Of a stretch of 64,000 nucleotides of DNA, positions 38,507 through 49,252 are shown one piece after another (position 1 is the stretch's first letter; each line of letters opens with the position of its first letter). The position numbers and the translations under genes are program-made. This DNA is from Spirochaetota bacterium (lineage in GTDB: Bacteria; Spirochaetota; UBA12135; COTS27; CBDBHE01), in contig CBDBHE010000006.1 of the NCBI GenBank assembly GCA_965205605.1, forward strand, positions 192,001 through 256,000. Reading direction: 5' to 3'. Under the pieces are notes generated by a model that was given only the letters and a program-made list of their open reading frames with translations, ran no database searches and was not told the origin of the DNA.

Positions 38507-40027
38507 TTATTTTTTCCAAAAAGCAGGGTGAAAGATAGCTAAAAAGGTAAAAAACTCTAGTCTTCCCATAATCATTAAAAAAGAACATAAAATTTTCGAA
38601 CTCGATTTTAGTTGAAAAAAATTGTCTGTTGGTCCAAACTGATTTAAAGCAGGCCCTACGTTTGAAACAAAAGAAGTCACTGCTGAAAAACATGATAAAA
38701 AATCTATTTGATTTTGATGATATTCAATATTAAATAAAATTAATGTCCCTATGCCAATTGTAAGAATATACACAAAACAAAAAATAAAAACTCTTTGAAT
38801 AAAACTTTCAGAAATAAGATGACCACTAATTTTTGTAGCAGTTATTAAATCTTGTATTAAAAGCCTTTTTATTTCTGAAGACACAGAACGATAGGCTGTA
38901 ATAACTCTATAGAGTTTAATCCCTCCAGAAGTAGACCCAGAGCAACCTCCTATAAACATTAAAACAAGAATAATTGATTGTATCATCATTGGAAAAATTT
39001 CATAATCTGAATTAATAAAGCCTGTTGTTGTAATAATAGAAGTAACTGTAAAAAAAGAGTTTCTTAAATTTTTTTCAATGCTTGAGGAATCACTAATAAA
39101 TAAAATAAGAAATACAAATAAACTCATTGTAATAATAACGATTAAATAGCTTCTTAGTTCTGTGTTTTTAATAAGAACCTTTAGGTTTTCTTTTAATTTC
39201 CTTTTCATATAAAAAGTAGAAAGGTATAATCCAAAGTTAATTCCCCCCATAATCATAAACAAAGAAACCACCCATTGTATTTCTTTAGAATACCCCATGA
39301 AACTATTATTTTTAGTTGAAAAACCACCTGTTGAAATAGAAGTGAGCGCATGACAAATCGCATCAAAAAGAGGCATTTTCATTAAAACAAGAATAATAAA
39401 AAAAATAACGGTTAAAACAAAATAAATAATCCATAGCTTTCTCCCTGTATCTCTAATATGAGGCGTCATACTTTCTTTTGAAGCTCCTGGTGCTTCAGAA
39501 CGATAAAGGTTTCTTCCAGCTAGTCCTAATGTGGGAATAATCGAAATAAAAAAAACAATAATTCCCATTCCCCCTATCCATTGTGTTAATGATCGCCAAA
39601 ATAAAAGTGTTTTTGGTAAGCTTTCAACATCGGTAAAGATGGTTGCTCCTGTTGTTGAAAATCCAGATGCTGATTCAAAAATAGCATTTACAAAAGAAAT
39701 TGTTTCTAAAGCATACGCCCAATAAGGAATGCTTCCTATAAAAATCATTGAAAGCCAACCAATACACACAACACTTAAAGCTTCTTTAGGGGTACTTTTT
39801 TCAAACGTGCTTGTTTTAATGAGAATCATTAAAATAGATAAAAAAAGAAAACCAATAGTAAAGATACTGGCAGCATAAATCTTTGTTTTACTATAAAAGT
39901 AAAATAAATCTTTATCTAAATGATTATGAGTAGATAAAAAATAAATAATAAGAATAAATCCTATTAAAATCAAGCTTAAAACAAACCATAAATAGCCTGT
40001 CATTTTTAAAACTACTTTGTAGTGCAT
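38507..40027 (-). CDS. trkH: Trk potassium uptake membrane protein TrkH
   Basis: FESASGFSTTG, QWIGGMG, STGGFS, GGCSGSTSGG, SNVGP and GRLE motifs. Confidence 0.93.
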   Translation of the reverse strand: MHYKVVLKMTGYLWFVLSLILIGFILIIYFLSTHNHLDKDLFYFYSKTKIYAASIFTIGFLFLSILMILIKTSTFEKSTPKEALSVVCIGWLSMIFIGSIPYWAYALETISFVNAIFESASGFSTTGATIFTDVESLPKTLLFWRSLTQWIGGMGIIVFFISIIPTLGLAGRNLYRSEAPGASKESMTPHIRDTGRKLWIIYFVLTVIFFIILVLMKMPLFDAICHALTSISTGGFSTKNNSFMGYSKEIQWVVSLFMIMGGINFGLYLSTFYMKRKLKENLKVLIKNTELRSYLIVIITMSLFVFLILFISDSSSIEKNLRNSFFTVTSIITTTGFINSDYEIFPMMIQSIILVLMFIGGCSGSTSGGIKLYRVITAYRSVSSEIKRLLIQDLITATKISGHLISESFIQRVFIFCFVYILTIGIGTLILFNIEYHQNQIDFLSCFSAVTSFVSNVGPALNQFGPTDNFFQLKSSSKILCSFLMIMGRLEFFTFLAIFHPAFWKK

Positions 40028-40036
40028 ATGGGTAAG

Positions 40037-41404
40037 TTATAGTTTAATAATTTTTTTTAAAGCTTTTGAGTTTCCTTCTAAAGAGATGACAAGAATTCGG
40101 TCTTTTTCTTTAATTTCTATTTTTTTTTCTTCAGAATTGAGAAGAATACTGCTATTTCTCCAAATAGCAATTACTTCAATATCAGGGCTAATGTTATGAA
40201 AGACAGCATTGGCATCTTGATTAATAAGAGGTGAGCTGTGATCAATAAATTTATTAATGGCTCTTATGTTGGTTCCAGGGATAAACTCAGAATCTTCTTT
40301 TAAATTTAAATTAAAATATCTAGACAATTCGATAGCGACTAATTCATTTGGCATAATGACTTCGATGTTCATGCGTTTAAAAATAAAGTATTTGTCGGTG
40401 TGAGAAAGGACGGAAATAATATTAGGGATTTCTAGTTCTTGTGCATTAAGAGCTGAAATTAAGTTTTCAGCATCATCTTTACTACCACAAATAAAAGTTT
40501 TACAATTCTCTATATTTTGATTTCTTAAATTTTCAATATCTGTAAAATCACAGTGAATAACGGTGCCTCTAAATTTAGCTTGAAGTTTTTCACAAACTAC
40601 TCTACTTTTTTCAAAAATAGTTATTCTATGATGAAGCTCAGTGGTACGAGAAATCATTGAAATAATGACTCTATTGACACCAGCGATATAAATAGTGTGT
40701 CGATGATTGTAATGTTTTTGTTTTTTATTTTCTATTTTTCAGAAAATAATTTTAAGAGTACCTTCTCTTGAAGAACATATGATTGCTTTTTCTCCAGAAA
40801 GTAAGATGTGATTTGGGTTATTTTTAACCAATCCTTCTCTAGTGGAATAAGCAATGATTTTGGTTTTTGGAGGAATTTTAATTTTTTTTAAAGGCTTTTT
40901 ATACCAATTAGATTGCTTTAAAGGGGAGATTTGAGCAACATTTAATCTTCCTGAAAAATAATTTTCAATTTCTCGATAGGTATCACTTTGAATCCAATAA
41001 ATTAATTTTGAAGCAGAGAGCTTGTTAGGAGAAATAAGCCAGTCAATTCCGAGATGAGATTGGAGTTCTAAAATATCTTCTGGAAAAATTTCATCTGAAA
41101 TTAATTTTGAAACACAATATTTAGCTCCGATTCTTTTTGCTAATTGACACGATAAAATGTTAACGCTATCAGACATTGTCGTAGCAATAAAAATATCGCA
41201 AGTTGTTACATTAGAGCTTCTTAAAACATAATGCGAAAGACAATCTCCTTGAATCGACAAAACATCAAAGTGTTCTTTAAAATATTGTATTTTTTCTTCA
41301 TCTGTATCGATGACAGTAATATTGACATTTTGTTTTGAAAGAACTTCAACTAAAAATTGACCCGTAGTTCCAGCTCCAGCAATGACGATTTCAAAATGTG
41401 ACAT
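40037..41404 (-). pseudogene. trkA: Trk potassium uptake protein TrkA, interrupted by an in-frame TGA (possibly an assembly error)
   Basis: ORF 40739-41404 (IAGAGTTG, RCK-N) and ORF 40037-40657 (second RCK) share a frame. The only interruption is TGA at 40739-40741, after which KIENKK..TIYIAGVNR continues into the second ORF. Confidence 0.8.
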
Positions 41405-41413
41405 TTATTTATC

Positions 41414-41955
41414 TTATAACAAAACCACCTCTAATTTTGAGTCATATTCATCTTTTAAAATACTTTGAATCGCCATTAAAGTCCCTCCCACTGCACTAGG
41501 GCAAGTCCCACAGGCTCCTTCATAGTGTACTGTTAAAACATGATCTTCTAAACTAACGACTTCAATATCTCCCCCATCTCCTTGAAGTCCGGGTCTAACG
41601 GTATGGTCTAAAATTTCATCAATTTTTTGAAGTTCTGGAGATAAAGATTTTTTGAATGTTTGATTAGAAGTCATTTTAAAATTAGGATCGTGTTCACTGC
41701 CTTTTTCTAAGATAAAGTTTTTAATCATAATTTCTAAATCATCCCAAGGAGTTTCTTCTGATTTGGTGACAGTGATCGTATTTTGAAAAAATAAAGTTGA
41801 TGGACTCCTTCTAAATCAAAAAGACAGCTCGCTAAAGGGACATGTAAGCACTCTTCTTTAGTAGTGATGGTAATCTTGCCATCTATGAGCAAATCTTTAT
41901 CTACAATAAATTTTAAAGCATTGGGGTTAGGGGTTTGTTGGGTAATAACTTTCAT
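41414..41955 (-). pseudogene. Nfu/NifU-family Fe-S carrier, frameshifted (possibly an assembly error)
   Basis: The N-domain (TPNPNALKF) and C-domain (VRPGLQGDGGD..GACGTCPS) are in different frames. One added T in the run at 41786-41791 gives YFFQNTITVTK..PWDDLEIMIKNFI. Confidence 0.82.
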
Positions 41956-41979
41956 TAATTTAATTCCTAAGTTTAATTC

Positions 41980-42441
41980 TTAATAATTATTTTCTGTTGA
42001 AATATTTTTTTGTTTTTTTTCAATGGCACTTTTAAGAGTATACCAAGGTAGTATAGCACATTTAACTCTTGAGGGGTATTGGCAAATACCAGAAAAAATA
42101 CAGAGCTTTTCTAAATGATTTTTTTCTTGATTTTCTTTTAATTCTCCTTTAATAAGAGCTTTAAAAATACTAAAGAGTTTATAAAAATCTTTAGTATTCA
42201 TTCCTTTGACTCTTTGGCTCATTAAAGAAGCCGATGCTTTTGAAATAGCGCAACCATTGGATTGATAAGCGATATTTTCAATTGAGTCTTCGTTTTTTAT
42301 TTTAAGAGTAATAAAAATGGTGTCACCACATAGAGGATTATTACCTTCTGCTTGGTGGGAGGGATTTTGGAGGAGACCGGTATTTCTTGGATTTTTATTA
42401 TGATCTAAAATCGTTTGTTGATAAAGTTCGTTTGAGTTCAT
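41980..42441 (-). CDS. sufU: SufU (NifU-like) Fe-S assembly protein
   Basis: LYQQTILDH, NPLCGD, GCAISKAS and RVKCA.L.W motifs. Confidence 0.92.
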   Translation of the reverse strand: MNSNELYQQTILDHNKNPRNTGLLQNPSHQAEGNNPLCGDTIFITLKIKNEDSIENIAYQSNGCAISKASASLMSQRVKGMNTKDFYKLFSIFKALIKGELKENQEKNHLEKLCIFSGICQYPSRVKCAILPWYTLKSAIEKKQKNISTENNY

Positions 42442-42447
42442 TTTATT

Positions 42448-43666
42448 TTATGAAAAAATTTTTTTAACTTTTTCAATCCCTTTAACTAAAATATCGATGT
42501 CTTCTTTTGTATTGTAAAGACTAAGAGAAGCCCTTGCAGTAGCGGGTATTTTATAGTACTTCATAATAGGTTGTGTGCAATGATGTCCTGTGCGAATAGC
42601 AATGCCTTCTTGATCTAAAACACTCCCAATGTCGTGAGGGTGGATGTCTTTTAAAGTAAAAGAAAATACAGAGCTTTTATTTTTAGCTTCACCGATTATT
42701 TCCAGATCTTTTATTTTTTTTAATTTTTTTTGGGTGTAGTCAAACAACTCTTTTTCACGAGATGAAATTGTTTCCCAAGAAAATTGTTGGATAAAGTCAA
42801 TGGCGGCTCCAAAACCGATCACTTGTGCAATAGGGGGAGTGCCTGCTTCAAATTTATAAGGGAGATCATTAAAAATAGTTTTTTCAAAATCAACACTTAG
42901 AATCATGTCTCCACCACCCTTGTAAGGAGGCATTTTGTCTAAAAAAGATTCCTTTGCGTATAAAACGCCCAGTCCATTAGGCCCAAACATTTTGTGAGCT
43001 GAAAAAACTAAAAAATCAATGTCTAATGCTTGTACATCAATGCTCGTATGTAACATTGCTTGAGCGGCATCAATCAAAACAGGAATGTTTTTTTCGTGAG
43101 CAATGTGAATCATTTTTTTTATAGGGTTAATCGTACCTAAGGAGTTAGAATAATAAACAACAGAAATAAGCTTTGTTTGATTAGAAATTTTTTTTTCAAA
43201 TGTTTCTAGATTAATGTCACCCATTTGGTTAATAGGAATGACATCAAGATTTGTTTCATTTTGTTTTTTAAGTAATTGCCAAGGAACAATATTAGAGTGA
43301 TGTTCCATATGAGTGATCAAAACAGCATCTCCTTTTTTTAAAAAACTTCTCCCATAACTTTGAGCAACTAAATTAATAGAATCAGTCGTACCACTAGTAA
43401 AGATAATTTCGTGGTGATGTTTGGCATTAATAAAGTCTTTTATTTTTTCTCTAGTTTTTTCATAAGCAATCAGTTGCTTGCTGTGAAAGTGTATGAACGC
43501 CTCGGTGAATGTTAGAAGTTTCTAATAAGTAATGCTTGGAAATAGCTTCAACAACAGGTTTTGGTTTGAGTGTTGTTGCTGCACTGTCTAAATAAGTAAG
43601 AGATTTTCCATTAATTTTTCTATTTAATATAGGAAAATATTGCTTAATATTTTCAATTGGGTTCAT
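42448..43666 (-). pseudogene. sufS: Cysteine desulfurase SufS, frameshifted (possibly an assembly error)
   Basis: The N-terminus (YLDSAATT, NIHRG) and remainder (EHHSN, SAHK, EAGTP, RTGHHC) are in different frames. Removing one base at 43468-43469 gives QATDAYEKTREKI..EIIFTSGTT. Confidence 0.88.
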
Positions 43667-43679
43667 GGTAAGATTTTTT

Positions 43680-44987
43680 TTAGTTTTTAAAAAAGTCTTT
43701 AATGCTTTTTTCCAATCGTTTTTTTATTTCTGGATTTTCATTTAAAAGGACAATTTCCTCAATAAATCCATAAGCTAATAGTTCAGTGGCGTCTTTTTTT
43801 GAAAGCCCTCTACTTTGGAGGTAAAAGACCTCTTCTAAGCTAGGTTGACCTAAAGTGGCCCCATGAGTGCATTTAACGTCATCGGCGTGAATTTCTAATT
43901 GAGGTCTTGCATTGACTTGAGCTTTTGGACTTAAAAGCAAATTTTTATTTAACTTATTAGCGTTTGTTTTTTGAGCATCTTTAAAAACAACGATTTTCCC
44001 TGTGAAGTTACAAACACACCGATCTTTTAAAATATTTCTATATTGCTGCATGCTTTCACAATCTCTAAATTGATGTTCGACGGTTGTTCTTTGGTCAAGG
44101 TTTTGAGTTTCTTTTCCAAGTGAAATTCCATTTAAAAAAGCTTTGGCATTTTGTTTTGAAAAAGTAACTTGCACATCACTGACTACATTTTTTCCTCCAT
44201 TTTGAAAGAAAAAACTATTAACTACACTTTCTTCTCCTAAATGAACTCGTAAAAAATTAACGTGATTAGTCGTTTTAGCTTCTAATTCTAAGTTTGTGTA
44301 GTGGACTTTTGCTTTATCTCTAATGATTAAATCTGTGGCATGGTTTGTAAAATGTTTTGAATTGGTGGAATAATAAGTTTCTATAACCTCACAACTGGCT
44401 TCTTGTTGTATATAAAATATATTTTTTTTAACAAGCATCATTTGATCTTCTAAATTTTCTGAAACATAAAGAAAATGAATTGGTTTTTCAAGTTTTGTTT
44501 TTTTAGCAATAGAAATCGCAACGCCTTCTTCAAAAAGAGCCTCATTAAGGCTTTCAAAAGGATCTTTGTTTTCAAAAAGAGAAGAGGAATTTTTAATAAA
44601 AAATAAATCTTCTTTAAAAGCATCTTTAATTGGAAATAATGTTAATTTTTCTTTTTCTAAAATTCTTGATTGGTTTTTTTGATAAATTCCATTGTAAAAG
44701 ACTAATAAATTTTCTTCTTTATGAGTGAGTGACTTGATGGCTTCATTAACCTTAGGGTTTTTTTCTTCATTTTCTTTACTTAAAGTTGTTTGTAATGTTT
44801 TATTTTCAATAGAAGCCACCAAATTGTTATAACGCCATAGTTCGCTTTTTTCTTTAGTAGGAAGATCTTGGTTTGAAAGGGCATCTAAAGCTTTTAATTT
44901 TTTTTCTTGAAACCATCTTGGGGTAGTAGAAGATAGGATGCCATTTTTTATTTTATTAATACCTTCTAATAATTCAATCATCATCAT
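43680..44987 (-). CDS. sufD: Fe-S cluster assembly protein SufD
   Basis: E.WRY, AQKT, NLLLS, P.LEI.ADDVKCTHGAT and FYLQSRG motifs. Confidence 0.93.
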   Translation of the reverse strand: MMMIELLEGINKIKNGILSSTTPRWFQEKKLKALDALSNQDLPTKEKSELWRYNNLVASIENKTLQTTLSKENEEKNPKVNEAIKSLTHKEENLLVFYNGIYQKNQSRILEKEKLTLFPIKDAFKEDLFFIKNSSSLFENKDPFESLNEALFEEGVAISIAKKTKLEKPIHFLYVSENLEDQMMLVKKNIFYIQQEASCEVIETYYSTNSKHFTNHATDLIIRDKAKVHYTNLELEAKTTNHVNFLRVHLGEESVVNSFFFQNGGKNVVSDVQVTFSKQNAKAFLNGISLGKETQNLDQRTTVEHQFRDCESMQQYRNILKDRCVCNFTGKIVVFKDAQKTNANKLNKNLLLSPKAQVNARPQLEIHADDVKCTHGATLGQPSLEEVFYLQSRGLSKKDATELLAYGFIEEIVLLNENPEIKKRLEKSIKDFFKN

Positions 44988-45028
44988 TTTTCATGTTTCC
45001 TTTTTTTAAATACTTATAGTTGATATGA

Positions 45029-45778
45029 CTAAGCAATCCAATCATATCCTTTTTTTTCAACTTCAAGAGCAAGATTTTTATCTCCTGATTTAATAATTTT
45101 CCCATCTTGTAAGATATGAATGTAGTCGGGGACAACATAATTTAAAAGTCTTTGATAATGTGTAATTAAAACAATAACATTTTTAGATGACTTTAATTTA
45201 TTAATCCCCTCTGCTACAGTTCGAAGAGAATCAATATCAAGACCGGAGTCTGTTTCATCTAAAAAAGACACTTTTGGAGTTAGAATAGCCATTTGAAGAA
45301 TTTCATTTCTTTTTTTTTCTCCTCCAGAAAAATCAACATTAAGTTGTCTGTTAATAAAAGACTCGGGGATATTTAAGAGATTCATTTTTTCTTTAACAAA
45401 TTTCTCAAAATCAATTGGATCTAATTCTTCACTTCCTTGATGCTTACATATTTCATTAAAAGATTTTCTTAAAAACTCAATATTAGAAACGCCTGGAATT
45501 TCTATAGGGTATTGAAAACTCATAAAGATTCCTTCCTTAGCTCTCTCATCGACTTCCATTTCTAAAAGGTTTTTTTTTTTAAGATTGACTTCATAATCAA
45601 TAGAGCCTTCTGTTACTTCATAATCTGGATGCCCTGAAATAATTTTAGATAAAGTACTTTTCCCCGATCCATTGGGTCCCATAATAGCGTGAATTTCACC
45701 TTCTTTGACGTCTAAATTAATTCCTTTTAGAATAGGGTTTCCTTCAACAGTTGCATGTAAATTTTTAATCGTTAACAT
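45029..45778 (-). CDS. sufC: Fe-S cluster assembly ATPase SufC
   Basis: [32 protein letters not shown] and THYQR motifs. Confidence 0.96.
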   Translation of the reverse strand: MLTIKNLHATVEGNPILKGINLDVKEGEIHAIMGPNGSGKSTLSKIISGHPDYEVTEGSIDYEVNLKKKNLLEMEVDERAKEGIFMSFQYPIEIPGVSNIEFLRKSFNEICKHQGSEELDPIDFEKFVKEKMNLLNIPESFINRQLNVDFSGGEKKRNEILQMAILTPKVSFLDETDSGLDIDSLRTVAEGINKLKSSKNVIVLITHYQRLLNYVVPDYIHILQDGKIIKSGDKNLALEVEKKGYDWIA

Positions 45779-45837
45779 AATAATTTTTCTCCTTATTTCT
45801 CTTATCTTTAAATACTTAAATGAATCAAATGTTTTTT

Positions 45838-47292
45838 TTAACCAACACTGCCTTCTAATTTCATTTCTAAAAGTCTCACTGCTTCCACTGAAAACTCTAA
45901 TGGTAGCTTATTAAAAACATCTTTACAAAATCCATTGATTAAAAGAGATACAGCCCCCTCGGCGTCGATACCTCTAGTTTGAAGATAATGAATTTGTTCA
46001 GCTGATATTTTAGAAGTTGAGGCTTCGTGTTCAATAACGGCCGTATTATTTTTACTTTCAATGTAAGGAAAAGTATTGGCTGTACACTGATCTCCAACCA
46101 ACATAGAATCACACTGAGTGTAGTTTCTAGCATGGTCTGCTTTGCTGCCAACGCGTACGAGTCCACGATAACAATTTTTTGATTTATCAGCTGAAATTCC
46201 TTTGGAAACAATGGTTGAACGAGTATTTTTTCCAATATGAATCATTTTAGTCCCTGTGTCAGCTTGCATTTTGTTATTGGTTAAAGCAACAGAATAAAAC
46301 TCTCCAATGGATTCATCCCCTTGAAGGATAACCGATGGGTATTTCCAAGTAATTGAAGAACCAGCTTCTACTTGAGTCCAAGAAATCTTGCTTTTTTTTC
46401 CAAGGCATTTTCCTCTTTTGGTTACAAAGTTGTAAATCCCACCGACCCCTTCTTCATTACCGGCATACCAGTTTTGGACGGTTGAATAATTAATCGTTGC
46501 ATTTTCTAAAGCAACAAGCTCAACAACAGCTGCGTGTAATTGATTTTCATCTCTCATAGGAGCGGTACACCCTTCTAGATAATTCACAAAACTGCCTTCT
46601 TCTGCAATAATGAGAGTCCTTTCAAATTGTCCTGTGCCAGCATCGTTTATTCTAAAATACGTCGACAAATCCAAAGGACATTTCACTCCTTTAGGGATAT
46701 AACAAAAAGATCCGTCTGAAAAAACAGCCGCATTTAAAGAAGCGTAAAAATTATCTGTATGAGGGACAACAGAACCAATATATTTTTTAATAAGATCAGG
46801 GTGCTTTTGAAGTGCTTCTGAAAAAGAACAAAAAATAATTCCAAAAGATTCTAATTTTTCTTGATGCGTCGTCCCAACAGAAACACTATCAAAAACAGCA
46901 TCCACAGCAACACCAGAAAGTCGCTTTTGCTCTGAAAGAGGAATCCCTAATTTTTCGAAGGTTTGTAATAACTTGGGGTCCACTTCATCCAAACTTTTTT
47001 TTAAAGCCTTTTCCTTAGGTGCAGAATAATAACGAATGTCTTGATAATCAATCGGTGGATAAGAAACATCTGCCCATATTGGTTGTTGCATTTTTTTCCA
47101 AGTATGAAACGCTTTTAAACGAAACTCTGTCATGAAACTAGGTTCTTTTTTGATGCTTGAAATCTTTTTAATCACTTCTTCATTAAGTCCTTTTTCAATT
47201 CTTTCTGTTTCAATTTCAGTATGAAATCCATATTTATACTGACGATTTTTAAACTCTTCGCTTGTTGTTATTTCTTCGCTTGTTTTTTCCAT
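45838..47292 (-). CDS. sufB: Fe-S cluster assembly protein SufB
   Basis: [36 protein letters not shown] and HEA motifs. Confidence 0.97.
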   Translation of the reverse strand: MEKTSEEITTSEEFKNRQYKYGFHTEIETERIEKGLNEEVIKKISSIKKEPSFMTEFRLKAFHTWKKMQQPIWADVSYPPIDYQDIRYYSAPKEKALKKSLDEVDPKLLQTFEKLGIPLSEQKRLSGVAVDAVFDSVSVGTTHQEKLESFGIIFCSFSEALQKHPDLIKKYIGSVVPHTDNFYASLNAAVFSDGSFCYIPKGVKCPLDLSTYFRINDAGTGQFERTLIIAEEGSFVNYLEGCTAPMRDENQLHAAVVELVALENATINYSTVQNWYAGNEEGVGGIYNFVTKRGKCLGKKSKISWTQVEAGSSITWKYPSVILQGDESIGEFYSVALTNNKMQADTGTKMIHIGKNTRSTIVSKGISADKSKNCYRGLVRVGSKADHARNYTQCDSMLVGDQCTANTFPYIESKNNTAVIEHEASTSKISAEQIHYLQTRGIDAEGAVSLLINGFCKDVFNKLPLEFSVEAVRLLEMKLEGSVG

Positions 47293-47315
47293 CTTTTATT
47301 TCCTTGTAATGTTTT

Positions 47316-47765
47316 TTAATAAATTTCTTTTTTTGAAGAAGCGGTAATTAAATTAATAAGATCAATCTTTTTAAAAAATTCTTTAAAAAGATGATCTATT
47401 TCTTTCATAGGGTCAATGATATTACAGGTGGATTCCATAGAGCAGCTGGTTGTTTCAAGTTTTTTACTCTTTAGGCATTTTACAATCTCTAAAGGACCTA
47501 AAAGAGCTTCGTTTAAATCATAAAGGCTTAATTCTTTTAGATTATCTTCTAAAAAATAACCTCCATAAATTCCTTGCTCAGATTTTAAAATTTTTTTTTT
47601 CGCCATTTTTTGCATTACTTTTGCAATTGTCTCATAAGGTATCTGATAACTTTTAGCAATGTCTTTAGCTGTAATACGTTTGTTTTGTTTTGTTTCTTTT
47701 TGTTCTTTGTACATGTGCCTTAATGTAATTAAGGCATATTCTACAATCTTGTTAATTTTAACCAA
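47316..47765 (-). CDS. Rrf2-family transcriptional regulator of the suf operon
   Basis: Winged helix-turn-helix with S.QG..GGY and three Cys (C..C....C); first gene of the suf operon. Confidence 0.88.
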   Translation of the reverse strand: MVKINKIVEYALITLRHMYKEQKETKQNKRITAKDIAKSYQIPYETIAKVMQKMAKKKILKSEQGIYGGYFLEDNLKELSLYDLNEALLGPLEIVKCLKSKKLETTSCSMESTCNIIDPMKEIDHLFKEFFKKIDLINLITASSKKEIY

Positions 47766-47781
47766 GTACTCTCAAAAATTC

Positions 47782-47843
47782 AAAATACGATTTTTTATTT
47801 CGTATTTTAAAAATAATACAATCTTTTTAAAAAAAAGTGTCAA
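47782..47843 (-). promoter_or_regulatory. suf operon promoter and candidate Rrf2 operator
   Basis: Inverted repeat AAAATACGA-N9-TCGTATTTT (47782-47808), just downstream of minus-strand TTGACA (47838-47843) and TATTAT (47813-47818). Confidence 0.6.
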
Positions 47844-47907
47844 ATTTTAGCTTTGTTTTTTTAAATTTTTTACTTTTTAATTCAAACCTTCGATTCATTG
47901 ATGACTT

Positions 47908-48591
47908 TTATACCAAGTAAGGAGATAAGGTTTTTAAAAACATAGAGGTTTTTTGGAAACTTTCAATGACCCCTTGGTTTAAAGTAATTATTTTCTGACA
48001 AAATTTTTTAAAATCTTTTGGATTTTGAGAAATATACAAAATAATAATTTTTTTTTTTTTTTGAGTTTCTTTTAAAAATGAAAAAATTTTTGTTTTTATT
48101 TTAATATTAATGCAATTTAAAGCTTCATCTAAAAGTAAAAGATTAAACTCAGAAAGTAACGCTCTTGCCAAAGCAACTCGTTGTTTTTCTCCATCAGAAA
48201 TTTCATTAGGCATTTGATTAAGAAAACTTTCTAAATTTAAATGAAACACCATTTCTTCCATTTCTTTTTTAGTAGAAATACTTTTTTTTAACCCGTACCT
48301 TATATTTTCTTCAATAGAAAGATGCGGAAACAAACTATTTTCTTGAGGAATATAAGCAATTTTTCTTTTTTGAATCATCAGGTTTGTTTGAGTTTTACTA
48401 TTAAAAAGGCAGTGATCTTTTATTTGGATCAATCCTTTTTTAGGGGTTTTAATTCCACACAATGTTTCAAATAAAGATGTTTTTCCTGCTCCATTAGGGC
48501 CCCATATCCCAATGGAAGAGGCTTTTGTTGTGAGATTTATATTGAGGATGAAATCTCTTAAAGGGAGTTTAAGATTTTTAATGATAATCAT
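47908..48591 (-). CDS. modC: Molybdate ABC transporter ATP-binding protein
   Basis: GPNGAGKT, LFPHL, atypical signature ISDGEKQR; follows modB; no TOBE domain. Confidence 0.8.
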   Translation of the reverse strand: MIIIKNLKLPLRDFILNINLTTKASSIGIWGPNGAGKTSLFETLCGIKTPKKGLIQIKDHCLFNSKTQTNLMIQKRKIAYIPQENSLFPHLSIEENIRYGLKKSISTKKEMEEMVFHLNLESFLNQMPNEISDGEKQRVALARALLSEFNLLLLDEALNCINIKIKTKIFSFLKETQKKKKIIILYISQNPKDFKKFCQKIITLNQGVIESFQKTSMFLKTLSPYLV

Positions 48592-49249
48592 AATTTTTTT
48601 TTAAAAGCCACCTTTGAATCAAAGTACAAATAAAACCTAAAATAAAAGCCCAAAGTAACAGTCGATAAGCACTAGTGTCCTTCCCTATTAAAAAATGATG
48701 ATAAATTGATAAAGATAACGTAGATGTTTTTTCGGGAATATTGCCTGCTATCATCATTGTCGTACCAAACTCACCGATAGCTTTTACAAATGAAATAAGA
48801 AGTGCTGAGAGAAAATGTCTAAGGCAAAGAGGAAATGTAATGGTTAAAAAAACTTTTAAATTACTTGCCCCTAGTGTTTTTGCAATCATTTCTAGTTTTA
48901 AAGGAGTGTTTTCAAAGCCTGTTTTCATGATTTGAACAAAAAAAGGAAACGAAGTGATACTCATCGCAATTACAATTGCTTTCCAAGTAAAAATAATTTC
49001 TATATTATTTCTTGCTAATAATTTTCCTATAAAACCTTCTTGACTCAGTAAGAGTAAAAGCAAAAAACCTGTGGCCACAGGAGGAAAGACAATGGGTAAA
49101 TAAAAAAAAGATTCTATAACGCTTTTCCCAAACCAAGATTTTTTTGCTAGAATCCAACTAATGAAAACACCTCCAGGAATAATTAAAATAGTGCTTAAAA
49201 AAGCCATCTTAAAAGTAAATAAAATAATCTTTAGTTCTTCTTGATGCAT
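48578..49249 (-). CDS. modB: Molybdate ABC transporter permease
   Basis: LPIVFPPVATGF and GEFGTT..AGNIP motifs. Confidence 0.9.
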   Translation of the reverse strand: MHQEELKIILFTFKMAFLSTILIIPGGVFISWILAKKSWFGKSVIESFFYLPIVFPPVATGFLLLLLLSQEGFIGKLLARNNIEIIFTWKAIVIAMSITSFPFFVQIMKTGFENTPLKLEMIAKTLGASNLKVFLTITFPLCLRHFLSALLISFVKAIGEFGTTMMIAGNIPEKTSTLSLSIYHHFLIGKDTSAYRLLLWAFILGFICTLIQRWLLKKNYDYH

Positions 49250-49252
49250 GTT

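Noticed and set aside
40739-40741. Alternative genetic code (TGA read as Trp/Gly) or selenocysteine
   Set aside because: TGA ends nadE, nusA, rbfA, der, gpsA and the thiolase at their expected termini, TGG is used for Trp, and the position is not a Cys site and has no evident SECIS hairpin.
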